Part shown: positions 47,521-61,563 of the stretch, in pieces
Numbering within the stretch: the stretch's first letter is position 1
Layout of the letters: each line of letters opens with the position of its first letter
NCBI GenBank assembly: GCA_965655095.1
Contig: OZ296650.1
Coordinates: 118,606,001 to 118,670,000 of the forward strand
DNA: 64,000 nt
Source: Haplodiscus bocki
Taxonomy: Eukaryota
Direction: 5' to 3'
Position numbers and translations under genes: made by a program
Notes under the pieces: generated by a model
The model's database searches: none
Told to the model about the DNA's origin: nothing
Seen by the model: only the letters and a program-made list of their open reading frames with translations

Positions 47521-48792
47521 AACAAGTAAAAAATGGTACTCGAAGAGCGCAGATCCCGCGAAAGCCCTTGTTTCTTGATTGTGTTCAAATGAACAAAAAC
47601 GCGAAATAAATGACTAGCAAAACTGTCTAGGGAGCAAAAAGGGGGAATATTAAACACGATGAACATTTCCATTGCTACAGTATTGTATAGTCAGCGGTTT
47701 TTTGCTGACATCAGCAGTTCATACTTGCAACATGAAATTTCATGACACGTCAAAATCAGTAATCTAATCAGGATGTTCGCATTTTTTGTGATGTCAGAAA
47801 TAATTATGCCTGAGCCATCAAACAACTTAGCACTTTTAGTCCGGCTTCAAAAAACTAGTAAAATGCCAGTACATGGATGTATCATAGGATGTAAGTTGTA
47901 TTGTGTCAGGATATGTTACTCCATGAAAAAAGCTTGCAGTTTTAGTCCTTAGGTGATGGCGACAGGTCCGAAATTTTCAGGAATGTAAATAGTGTCCTAA
48001 TGATCTTTATAACATTTCTGTACAATGGCTGACTTGTGACCGATGTCATGTATCCGGATTTTGTAATCATGCTTGCAGGTTTTCATAATTAATTAAATAC
48101 ATAATGCAATACATAAAAGCACTCCCGCCAAAGTAGTCAATTCCACGGACGATTCATATCGGATTAGTCTCGATCTCTGTACAAAGGAAAAAGCTGCCTT
48201 CTGGATCACCAAAGGCAATCACATCCCGATAACTACCTTGATCCAGTATCACACTTTTGACATTGATTACCCGGTAAGTTAAGGAGGTGCATTTTCTCTC
48301 GTGATCTTTTCAATTAGCCGTGAATGGAAGCTTTTACGGCTGTGTTATGTTCAACCCCCGACATTGATCCGGATTTCAGATCAGGTTTTCAATCCGGATC
48401 ACGCCCAACTTTGAACTCGTTCTTGCTATGGTCATTGCCACCCTACTCACCGAATTTCATCAAAATCCGACAAGTACTTTATGAGAAACATTGATCCGGA
48501 TCTCAGATTTTCAGAATCCGACCTGTTGTTTATGAGAAACATTGATCCGTATCTCAGATTTTCAGAATCCGACCTGTTGTTTATGAGAAACATTGATCCG
48601 GATCTCAGATCCGGATTTCAATCCGGATCACGCTCAACTTTGAACTCGGTCTTTCTATGATCATTACCTCCCTACTCACCAAAATTCATCAAAATCCGAC
48701 CAGTAGTTTATGAGAAATCCTGCTTACAAACAAACAAACAGACAAACAAACACACGAAGGTAATTGCAATATCCCGCTTTTCGCGGGATATA
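47521..48792 (+). mobile_element. HINE/DINE-1-like element, family B
   Basis: AACAAG start, subterminal ATCCCGCGAAA (47553) complementary to TTTCGCGGGAT in the end hairpin TATCCCGC-TTTTC-GCGGGATA, (ACAA)n microsatellite, internal ~49-bp tandem repeats at ~48480-48610. Confidence 0.75.
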
Positions 48793-49194
48793 AATTGCTA
48801 AACATCCAAAGAGTACGTTGGCCAGGCCACATTTCTGCAACCGAGCGTACCCTAAAAAGCTCTCCATTGCCTCTTCAGGCAATCGAGTGGGCGTCACGAA
48901 GCTCAATCCACTTTTATTGTTTTTGCCATTGGAAAAAATACTTTTCTGGAAGCGTCACCAAAAGTTAAGGAAACCTTTTTTTTGACAAATTTCGGCAAGG
49001 AATCCATGAGAAAAGCTCGCTAACAGTCGAAACTTGCATAAAAACGTATTGCGATACCAATCGCTTAAGCTGTTCTCCAATTTAAGTGAGAAAAGTCACT
49101 TTGAGGCATGCTGAACGCGCTAAACAATAGATAATGCAAAACTTTATTTGAAAATTCAAGTTTCCGTTCAAAATTTTTCGCTCAAAAAATAGTA

Positions 49195-49856
49195 AACTAG
49201 AAAATGGCAGTCGGAGAAAGCAGATCCCGCGAAAACCCTTGGACCCTCCGATATCCTGGATCGTAACCCAGTCGTTGATATTTCAGATCGTTGATCCTTT
49301 TTGTGTCTTTGCGTCCACACAGATTTATAAACGACCATTTCTCTGGTCATCTTATGTCAGTGTACAGCAGTGGTGCAGACGGGAGACTCCGGAGATAAAG
49401 TATCTGGGTTTAATCCCCGGTGGCCACGAAATTTTATAATTGTCCCGCGGATCAGAACAGCAACAAAATTTAAAATTGAAAAATTATCTGTTGTCACCGG
49501 GTGTCGAACCCACAATCTCCTTCTCCCGAGACTCGCAACTATACCACTCGTCCACCCTTGCGCAAGTCATTGTCGGAATATGTTTTATATATGTATGAAC
49601 CACTACTGTACTGAAAGACTGGCTATATTTTCCCACTGTCAAAATCCGACCAGTAGTTCATGAGAAACAGTTATCCGGATCTCAGATCCGGGTTTCAATC
49701 CGGATCACGCTCAACTTTGAACTCGGTCTTCCTATGATCATTACCTCCCTACTCACCAAATTCCATCAAAATCCTACCAGTGGTTTATGAGAAATCCTGC
49801 TAACAAACAAACAAACACACGAAGGTGATTGCAATAAGCCGCTTTTCGCGTGATAA
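49195..49856 (+). mobile_element. HINE/DINE-1-like element, family B, containing two convergent tRNA-like heads
   Basis: AACTAG...CAGATCCCGCGAAAA start; 3' part (49640-49856) nearly identical to the previous element; tRNA-like segments at 49355-49427 (+) and 49490-49563 (-). Confidence 0.7.
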
Positions 49857-52800
49857 TAATCAGAAAGTTATCGGCTAAAGAGTGAAGGCAACTAATGCTT
49901 CAGATTCCATTGCCAAGCTAGTATTGGGATGCCTTTTATGGGATATTGGGGTAGAAAATTGTTGAAAAGGAACACTTGCCTTCTGAAAAAATCTGGGTTT
50001 TAAATTATTTCCGCCGAAAACTCGCCGGCGAAGCTTTTTAGCAGCCCAAAAAATTCAGCCCCGGTCAACTAGGACGTTGCCAATGCAGCCAAGCAATAAG
50101 CAAATAGATCTTCCGTTTACGATTGTAGAAAAAGCGTCAAAATTAAGAAACGCAGTCGGCAATGAGAAATGTCGAATCTGTTCCGAAAAAGTCAGAGATT
50201 TCAGCTACTTTTTTGACTCAAACTGGCCGGAAATTTAGTTTTGTCGAAAAGTACACCAGCAAGCCGATCAACTGAATGATGTTCTTTCGATTAATGAAAA
50301 AAATAGTAGCATTTCGAAGCCTACTGTAAAGAAAGGACTCAAAAATATACCGTTTGCCCTCTGAAATTTCCAAAAATTGAAAGTTTTGTCGCTAGTAACT
50401 CACCGAAAAAAAGTCTCGGAATCCGAAAGTCTGGAATATGGTAGATCGTGATTCTGTTGTAGTGGTTATGCAAGAAACGGATTATTCTGATGAATAGGTG
50501 CCGAGAAAATTAGATATAAAAAGATGAAATGCAGAGGGATGTCACGGACGGGAAAAAACGAATTCATTTTGACGTGTCCTTGTGCAAAAAGGGTTCGCTA
50601 CGCTCGCCTGAAAACTCAATTGTTCCACACCTCCAGTTACATATGAGAGGCTTCCAGCACTGAAGATCGTTTCAGATAGAAAATGGTGGAAAGAATTACA
50701 TGTGAGAGGAAGAAGGACAGAAAATGGAAAAACAATGAGAAGTAGGCGCTAAGGAAATTAGCACGCGACTTCAAGCCACACTCATAATCGATTGCAGAAT
50801 TGGCTAACAGTTTCAGTATTTTTCTCCAGCTGAAATTTTGCTAATCAGATTAGGATAATAGGGAAACAGCAGTCAGAAGCTGATCAGTTAGCTGAAAAAA
50901 TTTTACTTTTGCCGAAAACATTCCGGCGAGAAAATTTTGACTCTATGGCCCATATTACAAACTCAAAAACTGTGAAACTGTTTCGAAATTAACAGCGCCC
51001 ATCAGGCTTGCCACAAAACCATGATTAATGTTGTTAGCTGAAATAGTCATGATACACAACCTGCGTTTGAAAGATCGCGAGAAAAACTTGTCGGCTGAAA
51101 CTTTCCGTCTAGATCAAAACTTGAAAAAAGTTCAATAATTCATCCCGAGTAACATTTACAAACCACACAAGAAGACTTGCGCTGAGTGAGATGAGTTCAT
51201 TGTCTTTTTTTGTCAGTCCTATTTCGTCATATTTGAGAGTAAAAAACAAAACTCGATTGTTTTCAGCCGAGATAACAAGGTTGGTGGAAAAGTAAAGAAA
51301 TTTTATAACCGAAAACAAAACAGACTTACTTTGGTGCCTGTGAAGTACCTATGACGAATGCTGTATTAGGTCAGAATAACAGGCTTTTTTGAAGCCTCAA
51401 AGTGCCATAGGTTAAAGTGTACCATTAAAGAATCAAGTTTACGCCTATGAAAAACTTTTTCGAAGTTTCCGACCAGTCGAATGAAGTGCAAAACATCCAT
51501 GCAACAGGAAGAGAGCATCGACATATCTAGATTCAATAGAAAGCACACGAAGTACCTATATACCTTAAAAGTACCGTTTTCCCATGTCACATACCAAAAA
51601 ATCGAATTTTTCTGGCGAAAAACAATGTTGACAAAAGTTTTGAATTTTTTTCAGCCCAAAAAATTTGGACTCTTGCAGAGAAGGTTGTTTAAACTTGTAT
51701 CGGTAAGTCAAATATTTTTTGAGATGAAAGTGTTCAAGGAAAAGGTTTCCAGAAATGTCACGAAACCTGTAGAACAAAAAAAAACAAAAAACAAAACACA
51801 ACTTGCTTTAACTAGAGCAATATGGCATTCTTGTTTTACTCGGAACCTCAGAAGTTCAATCAATCCACTATTCCTAGCCCGCCAAAATTATTTTGGGCCC
51901 ATGGAAGCACACAAAGCCGATCCGTTTGATAGCAGATTTTTTCGAAAAAGAAATTACTGATTGAGTTCGAGGGCCGAATATTCAGCGATGCTGGAGTGGA
52001 AAGAGCTTTTTGGGAAAAAAATTTGAGCGCCAGTATGTTGATTACAACAATGTTTACTCTACATATACGGAAAGAAAGTGAGAATAAAAACAATTCATCA
52101 ATGGCTTGAAGTAGTATCCAAGCAGAACCCAGCACCATTGCAGAATGGTGCACGGCTAACCCTGTAGCTAGACCAAATACCACATCTTGATATAACATTA
52201 CAGTTTTCAGCTAAATATTAGGCGATGATTACTGTTTTTCTGAGTAGAGATATGGCACCAAAACAAGAACCGGTGATATATTACGAAGAAGAATCCGCAG
52301 TTGACACGTTCACTGATTTTGTCTACATATTGTTTAGGTGAATTGAAGTTGAAGTTGGAAGCGAAGCTACTGAATCAACCAGACGCAGGTTGCAAGGAAG
52401 GATGCAGATCAGAAGAAACAACCACAGAGGAGTACAATCAATCAGACACTCGACAAGTCTATAGACTGAGAAAAACATGTGAACAAACAAAACAACTAGG
52501 TGATTGACGAGGACGCCGCCGAGAGTTAAATGAATACTTAGTTCCGATTGACAGACGAGAAAATTTTTTTTCAGATTAGTAGCTGGCTTTTCTTCCTCTG
52601 GAGCGTGTAGTTTTTCGGAAAACCTAATCTTTTGATTACCTTCTGAAGGACAAACGTTTTACTTTTAAAAAACAGCGGAATCATAATTGACCAGCTCAAA
52701 ATAAAGAAGCACGAATTGAACCCAGCGTGATACTGACGTTACTCAAAACTCAACGAGAGGTTCATGCTTTTCTCCGGTTCTGGCTTATTTTGCATGGAGT

Positions 52801-54052
52801 CAAGTCCAAGTCATTTCAATGGTGATGGACTTTTTTTTATTGCGATGGTCGGTTAGACTTCAACTGGTTTCTGGTATTTAGAACTTCAGTTTCTGATTTC
52901 TCAGCTCTTTTCAAACGAAACCCCTCAGTTATTTCAAATTCTCTTCAAAGTAAAATCCGCTTATAATTTCTTTTCCGCAGAAACTATTGCTTAGAAAGTT
53001 TCTAATTGTTGACCACCCTCAGTCTAGCCAACAGAAATTGTTCTAGTTCACTTTTTGAGATTTTGAAGTTTTCATAAAATAAAACCCAATGATTAAGCTC
53101 CACCACATTCCGTTTGATAAAGGAAGTCTTTCCTATCCAGATAATTGCTGTGTAGATGTTTGTACTACAGTAGTGATTTTAATTAATGCGACTAAGCAAT
53201 TTTGATACGCTTTACAAAATCGTAAGTGGGGAAGTAAATAATGAGAGATCAGAGTAAACAAAGGTACTCTGAAAAAACTCATTAAAAGGGTTACCACATG
53301 GTTATTTCATTTGCGAAAGCAAGTACTTCAAAGAGGTAGAAAATTGCGTCCCAAAGTTGAGTAAATAAACTATGCAAGCATTGCGAATATTCATTATTTT
53401 TGATAGTTTTCGTAGAAAATCTTGACAATGACGCAAAATAGCAAGAAACAAAATACATAATTTTTTTTAGTTTTGGTTATTCCCCAGAGCTTTTATCTTT
53501 AACACTTTTTTCACAATTTTGAATTTTCAGAAGAAATTGCAAAAAATGAAAGTATAAATTTAACATCCTATTCTAATACATTGATTTTCAAATTTAATAG
53601 ATTCAAGATAAGTTTTCAAGTAGTTTTTGAAAAATTTTCCGCCGACAGATGATATCAGCTGTTGCAGATAGATCAGAGGCACCTATTGAAGAAATAAATT
53701 TCCATATTTAATTTTTTAAAGTTACGAAATTCTCAAAGGAATGGAAAATTTGGCCAAAAACGCATTTTCTAGTTTTGGCTCTATTGGTTGGAAATTTTTC
53801 AAACAAACACCGTTATAATCTCTTGAAAATTCTTAGAATATTTTGTTTCTGGTACTTTTGTGTAAAATGATTATTCCCGAAGTTATTCGTGCTTAAAGTT
53901 GACTTATGCATTAAAGTTGTCGCATTAATTAAAATTACTACTGTACAAAGTTATCAGGAAGTGAGATAAGATAACTGAGGCAGCAGGATAAATTTTGTTC
54001 ATCAAACTAGTGTTTACACTCTCAAATAATGTTTGCTTAGATGAGTATTAAC

Positions 54053-54435
54053 TACACCTGCGCAAGCAAGAGTCAAACCACAAGCCTCAGCTTCTTCAGA
54101 TTATTTTTATTCTATCCGTTCACAACTTGCATTAGTTCCCACATTCTATTGTTTCTGGTTCTGTTTATACGCTCTCGCTTTCTTGCAAATATATGTCCAT
54201 TTCCTCTCGCGGTGCTGCACGAAGTTACTTCAAGTGTTTTATTTTCCATTGTGCTCGCTTGGTCTGAATATATAATTTTTTAACGGGCTAATTCGATAGT
54301 TGTTTTTTTTTGCGTGTCATTAGTTTTTGTAGTACCGGGGCCTCTTCAACAAAAAAGCTAATTGTTCAATTTTTTCAGTAGTTTGATTTTGGATCTTGAC
54401 ACAAATGTTGAGTAGAGCAACTTCGCTTCTGTGTT
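54053..54435. mobile_element. HINE-like family A copy
   Basis: TACACCTGCGCAAGCA start, CAACTTCGCTTCTGTGTT end. Confidence 0.6.
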
Positions 54436-55129
54436 TGGAGTTGAAAATGAAAGTTAATTCAACGAAGTACTTTTTAGTCCCAATGCAATACTACTGGCAC
54501 CATATTAGTCAAGAAGCCTTAACTGATTGTTTTGCGCTTACTAAACATACAAAGATCTATTGTGAATAAGCAATCCTATAAAAAATTTATTGATTTAGAC
54601 TTCGTGATTGGAGCCAAAATCTGAATCATGCATTGTTGAACAACTTTGAAAATTCTTTCGCAGCTGAAGGGAGAAAAACGCTATAATACAGTTTCATACT
54701 AGTGTCTGTAAAAGCAATCCAGTATAGCATCATTACTTTCTCGCCATTGTTGTAGAATCACCTCCATTAAAATTTATGGAGGTGCTTCATCTCCACACTG
54801 AATTAACTCTGAAAGTTTTTGAGTTTTTAGTGTTCAAAGGGTACAACTTCACAGTATTGAAATGGAAATAGTTTCACTGATTTTTTTCAAACGGGAATTT
54901 CATGCGAGTGTTACTTTCAGCGAAAAAATAATTTGCATATTAGTAGCTGCTATTTTATGGAAAGCATTACATAGCGAATGGAAGTTTGGCACCTGGACTT
55001 GTTTTTAGAGGCAGGTTTGAAATTCCAAAAGCATGTAGTTGTGTTAAAGTCGACAGTATAAGTTTTTTTTGAAGTTTATTGGTTTTTTCGATCTGAGTTC
55101 CAGAAATCTACTTTTGCTTTTGTCGGTCA

Positions 55130-58100
55130 ATGTTGACGAATGATCTGTGATCCACCATGGGGGATTGCAACTCTCCTCAGTGTTTCAGGAGTTTTTTGGA
55201 AACGCGTCGTGTTTGAAGCGCCCACGTTGCCAGCCCTATTTTTGGTTTCAAAACGCGTAAAAAAACCTCATCTTCGCAAGAGTAGTACTGGATCTGTACT
55301 CAATTTTTCGCATCTAGCAGAATGCCGTCAGTGTCTGTCTTTGTAGCCTGGAGCCACTTTGTTCATATTGCGGCAGTAAAAAGATCTTTATGTTTCAGGG
55401 ATCAAATGTACTGCTAAAACTCTCGGTGCCAGTAGGAAACGATTCGATGTCAAAGATTTTATATCAACTGTGTCATCATTCACTTGGGTAAGTTGGTAAA
55501 CATTCGGTGGCTGTCATTCCAAGCACAGTCCAAGAGAGAAAAAATCTTTTTCGCGCTACTTCGAACTAGTCGTTTTGAAACCCCACTAAAATTGGGAACG
55601 CCATGAGGGTTGAAGATTCAAACTGAACTTTGGTTCACACAGCTCCCCATAACTGACGGTTTCACTCCAATCATTGGCAAGCCTTGCAAAATTTTGTGCC
55701 AACGATATTGTAACCATTTTCACTACGCACCGTGTGAGCTCTGCCTCGTTGAGCCTTGAACCTTTTTGTTGCCATTAACGCAAGTACTTTCTCATCAACA
55801 TTTGTTCGAACTTTTGTCCGCTCGCAAGTATAAACTTGTAGGCAATGAATGCCAGTAGTTTTCAAAAAATTTGTTTTTTATGGGACTTTGAGGTTCCAAT
55901 GCTTCAATCAAACAAAGCTCCTCAATAATTTCTTGCTCTGTTCATCTTACTGTTAGCTCCTATCAACTTTCGGGAAAAATAGCCTTTTACGGGCCATTAA
56001 CCCGATTACTGTCATTTCCTGCGTTCCTTTATCAGCTGTATGCAAAACTACTTCAAATGCCTCCACCCCTAGACGGTCGATTGGTCCACAACGTCTGCGA
56101 CTCTGCCGAGAATGATTTTAGTTTCTTTACAGCTGATTTTAGTAATCGCAACAGTGTCAGCTAATCAACCCAACAACCACTGTCAGGGCGTTCCGAGATA
56201 AAATAGTTCAGTCCAGTTGCATACAACGCTGTTTTGAGATCCAATTTTGGCACAGTTTTTTCATGGCTGCCACCTAGCATTTCCCGACAATCTGATTGCT
56301 TTCATCACCAGCATTTTATTCAACTCTGAGGCTCATACAAACCTTGCTTCCGATGAAGTATGTCAGAAAAAAAGTCGATTGGTCTCGGTTTTGCTCGGAT
56401 CTAACATATTCCGAGATTCACGTGGATCAACAGCTGAAGCTATTCCGCCCAGTCGTCCAAGCACGATCTTGCATGTTCTGCGGTCTCGACGTCCCAAAAT
56501 TGCTCTTCTTTGAGCCAGACACTTCTCTGCGGAGTTCCTATTCTTATTCTAAAAGTAGCGAGAAATCTTAGAGAACGGAAGCCACATAGGAAGGAAGAAC
56601 TAAATGGGTAGCGTTTTCAGCACTTTTTTTAACGCTAAAATTCTCTAAAAAGTTGTGCAATCCCAAAAGCGATGAAACACTAGGTTGCCACTAAAAGGAT
56701 TTGATGACTTCGTCTGATTTTTCCGTATTTGCAAGCGTTTTCATCACAAAAATGCAGCTGTTTAGCCAAATTTCTCAACGTAGTCCTGCCGTTTTCTGAA
56801 GTTCGTTCTACTGTTGTTGAAGATGGGTTGCCTGCTCACTGGTCACAAGACTTCGAGAACATATGCATGCAGTTTTTTTGGTTGGCCACAGAAGAATGGT
56901 GGTTGAAGATCTTGATGTCATGGCATTTTTGCTGCTTTGCTTGGTCAGCAAAGGCTGGAGATCTTCCAGTACCGATTGTTTGCCCGACGTATTCTCAGAC
57001 TTGAACGAGTTGGATTGAACCATCTCTGCAGAGAAGTGCTGCACTTCAGCTTGCTTGGTCATGGACTCGATATCAGCGGCCATCGAGTTCTCGTGTTCAC
57101 GAAATCTGAAATGGTCCCTACTAGTTGCTGCACAAGGTCGCTACTGGCATCTCAATGAGTAATACGCCGTTGTATCTTAATGCAACGTTACAAACACGTA
57201 CAAAACTTTTTGCTTCATTGGGAAAGATCATAGGGTGTGGTGGAACATAACACTCTCTGATTTGTTCGGCCTGTTTCATTTCTTCAACTCCATGTTTCAA
57301 ATACTTTTTTGTTGCTTCCTACCTTTTCCGGATTTTTGTTTGAGCCGTAATAAAGCCTGAATGCGTTCAACTCAGCGGAGTCTGGTTGAAGTAAAACAGT
57401 AATTGTTCTGGTAATTCTCAATGTTGAACAACGGAAGGCCCAACTGATTCTGATCAATTTTTGTTGTTTGCTCACATAGTTATTTTTCCACCTTGTCTTC
57501 ACGTCATCAACTACTCTGTTTATGGTTGGAAGCGTATGATTCTGTGGTCCATCACCCCTTTCATTTTCCTGATTAATGGATCCTGATCACTGATGCTAAA
57601 AGTGGTTGCTGATTAAGCAATTTCTTGTATCGGCAAAGGTCGACAAGGAGTCCATCTCAGTTTAGTTTTCACCGCTAAGTTCTTTTCCCTACAATTTTTC
57701 TTGTAATTCAATGGTAAAAACGCTGGAAAGTTTCGTAGTCGCTGGTTAACTGTAAGAAAAAAGTTATCAACATTTTCACTACGGAGGGCGATCAAATGCT
57801 AGTATTTCTGCTTGATTTGGGATTAATGCCAACTGCAGTTTAAAGTAGACATTTTGAACGGTTGTGAAATATGTGCTCACATCATCTTCGCAGTTACCTT
57901 TACGTAAACTTTTTCATTGGTCATGTTTTTCGTGCCTCCTACGGCAGTTACACTTGAGATTGAGCTTGTTCCAACAGTTCCCATTTTTGTTTTGATAGCT
58001 TAATTGCTAATTGTTTAACAAAATTAATACTGGAAGCCTTCACGGTCGAACCTGGATTCGCCATGTCTTCATGGGTTAAATTGTCCAAAATGATCGTTTC

Positions 58101-59000
58101 CAACTATGTTCCAACTCTGCTGTTCATTTAAATGCGATCCTCCCGTCACAGGTTCGTTTCAGTTTGCATTGGATATTGCGATGTCCTCCATCAATACAAC
58201 AGAAGGAAAATTTGGTTTAATTTCTGTTTTATTTTGTTTCCTTTGCTCCATTTTTTTTTGTTTTAATGGCATTTCCTTCTTTTCTGCTCATCGGCTCTCA
58301 TCGATTTTTCACTGTTCCACTGGTTTCTTTTTTTAAATATAATTTTCATAAGGTTAAATGAAAGGTTGGAATGCAATTTCTGAGTTGTTCAGTGACAACC
58401 AGCTCTGGCCGAGCAAAGTCCGTGGACAAAATAATGGATGCATCTTCGTATTTACGTTGCCCTTGAATGCAGTTTCCCCCTCCCGTTCATAAAGGTTTTC
58501 AAGTATTCAATCTTCAAGCGATCGTCTGCAAGAGAATGATCGACTGTCAAAGGAACTTGACTAGACCATTCTAGTCAATCAACGGGATCACCAGAAAACA
58601 AGCCAAAAAAGTTGAAGTTTTCTTACTGACCGATGGGAAAAAATGTGCTTGATTCACGGTACCTTGACAGTTTTCTTTTTGCAAAACAGTGACAGGTCTT
58701 GGTACCGGCTGTGTTACTACGCAAATTGGAAGAAATGTCCTATATGGACCATTGACTAGACCAGCAGACTTTTTCAGTGTATCGTTGAACTTCAGAGTAC
58801 CTTTTATGACTCCATTCCTTCTAGGAGCTGACATCTAATAAGAGCCACCAAAAATTAAATTTAGAAGGTCCTGGCGCTTCACAGGCACAGGTTGAAAGAA
58901 GATCGATTAGACGTTTCATTGGTCTGCTCAATTTTGTTGCTGTGAGAAGTTCCACGAACACGGCTTTTTTTTCTGTCTGATAGGAAAACTAACTTTAATT
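55130..59000 (-). mobile_element. BEL/Pao LTR retrotransposon relic (gag, RT, integrase), heavily decayed, LTRs not found
   Basis: Gag FSGDPVD*LEWSS...KIEYLKTL (~58490-58600); RT RECYVPPHPMIFPN...RVCNVA.RYNGV and FRFREHENSMAADIESM (~57060-57260); IN KRFKAQRGRAHTVRSENGYNIVG, FNPHGVPNFSGV..RLVRS, SLTSNRFLL (~55430-55800). Confidence 0.8.
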
Positions 59001-61563
59001 TTTCCGGGGGAGCTACTTCCCGCTGTCAAGTTGATTTTTCGTACTGGTTTCTAATTTCTCTTCCGTTTGAGTGCAGCCAGACATAAGGTTTCTTGAACTT
59101 CAAATTTTTTGTTTGCTTCGGCTGCAGCTCGGGTTGATAGTGCAACACCAATGTTTTGGCAGGCGCAAGCTGGTCCAGACAAGCGGCTTCTATTTCATAT
59201 GTGGGACTGGAGCAGAATCATTGAGTTTTGGGAGCCGTCTTTTCCGATTTTGACTCAGTAAGATGTTGGCTGGCTCTTCTTACCTTTTCTTATGTAAAAA
59301 CGCCGCTCACCAAAAAATTCCGCCGATGACTCAAAGTACTGGCAAAATCTGACATTTTTACGGGCTTCCCTTCTTGAGTCTTTTTGTCTTCCGTGGTATT
59401 TATTGGTCGACTCATTCCCTCTTATCATCATAAGCTGAGCGAAGTTCTAGCTTCACAAGTGTCGTGGCATTTTTTTTATTTCAATCTAATAGGCATAGTT
59501 TTTCCAAAATTTGTGGTTAAAAAGCAACTAGGATCTTCCAGGTGGAATTTTTATTTATTGTCTTTGACAAGAAACAGTCGCTTAATGATAGGATTCCGAA
59601 ATGGCCGCAAAAATGCCTGACTAATCGATAAACTTCTTCCCAATTGGCAAAGCGACCGAATTCATCAATTTCGCTGTCGTCGTTGGGTTACTGTCTACTC
59701 GCGAAGCAATTGAAAAAAAAAGATTTTCTCACTTGTTTTTTGGAAGAATTTGTAAAACACCCACAAAATGGTGGTATTTAAATGGCAATAAGAACGAAGA
59801 AAACGGAGATCTTCAGGTTCACCGAGCCAAGTAATAAGACTGTTCAGTGTCCAAAGATTTAGTTAAACTGGGAAGCTTGAAAGAAGATGTCAACTTGTTA
59901 GTTAGGGCGGAATGGCTGAATATGAAACTCTAAAACCGGTTTGAGTCACTAATATAAGCATGATAGCAGTTCTTGGCATTTTCTGTTAATCGGAAACGAT
60001 GTGTTGTGATATACCAATCGATAGGTGTTTTTTAGGAAGATTACGCGTCTAAAACAATTTTTTTTATATTGGTATTCTCGGCAAAAACTGTGAAAATTAG
60101 ATCTGATACCCTACATTTAGTAGAAATTACAAACTTCAAGCTGGAACGGTTTGTGATTCAATATTGAAGAAAAATTCTGTAGAAGAATACGGAAGATTTT
60201 CTTGCGAAGTACTAATATCAGCTAAAACTACTTGCCTGAAAGCTGAAACCCTTCAACATGTACAGATTACAAAAAATGAACTAGAGTAGAGAAATATGCA
60301 TCAGTAGGATGGTAATCTCGAGTAGATTACGAATCTTATACTATGTTGTAGAATGGAAATTCGAGAAAGAACTCTAAGCCGGGAGAATGTATAACAGTAT
60401 ATAGTCCGGGTTAAACTAATCAGAAAGTCTTTACGTTATTAACGGTATGCTGTAGTCTTTGTAACGTCTGTTTTCATTGTGGCGATATACAAAAAGAATC
60501 AACACAGCACTTTATTTGTTATTCAGATGAAAAAAAACAGAGGATAAATCAACAAGAAGATGATAAAGTGGATTTCTGTTCATGCCAACATAGGGCTGTT
60601 CACGATACATTGAAACTTATGAAATTTCCTGTTTTTTTGGTAATCACATTGTTGACTAAAAAAATGATGAGGCAAACGACAATTGATAATCTTATTGAAT
60701 TAATAAAGAAAGAGCCTCCTAAAAAAACTAGATGCTAACCAAAAGGGGTTGCGAATAGTTTTGATAACGCTTGCATTTTGGATTTCCTCATTGTTGTTTT
60801 GTAGAATATTGAACTGAAAGCTTCAGTATTAATGTGTCAATTTCCCAACTCATAGTTTTTAAAACGCTTCGCGGGAAAACCGACAAAGTCTCAATCGACA
60901 AGGACCTGTTTTATGTTCGATCAATCTTTTCTAAAGCACTTCGATGGAGAATTTCGCAGTGCGACTGCACTTCTTGATTCACATAAAGACAGATTTAAAA
61001 CCTAACGACTTATCATGAACACTTCAGAGCTTAAATGGGGTGTTCTTCGTTCAGATGCAAGTAGGAAACTATTTCAACATGCAGGCGAGAGGCTGTTTCC
61101 TGTAAAGACAGCAAAATGGAACGAAAGTTTGGAACACTGAAATTTGAAAATGTTTCTGCCGATGAATTTCAGGAAAAAAGCTCAATCGGAGAAATGTTCC
61201 AAGGTAAATCGGATGTTCCAATTGTGATGCCCCCGCAAATAATAGTTGATTTAGCACGTAACTGAAAAGATGCACCAGTTGAAATGTCAAAACACGGTGT
61301 AAGATTTTAAACTACGGCATTTTATTACGTACAAATGTTCTTCGACAAAAACTATGCCGTATCTTCACGGCTGCGAACCAATATTCGATCTTCTTCACAC
61401 AGAGCTCGAGTTCGATTGAAATCAACATGCAATTGTACTTGATGGAGGCTTTGGCGAATTCACCAGAAATTGACGTTTGTTCTGACCTTTACCACCAAGA
61501 CTTTTCAAAAGAAACTCGAGCATTTACATAGGGTTCGTTGAGACCCTTTCTTTCCCATTTAGG

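Noticed and set aside
51481-52510. ORFs 51481-51960 and 52301-52507 as genes or integrase remnants
   Set aside because: No convincing motifs or splice-consistent structure.
61000-61560. Minus-strand LINE RT relic (GEFAKA, RRTFVR)
   Set aside because: Too degraded to support as a feature without a profile search.
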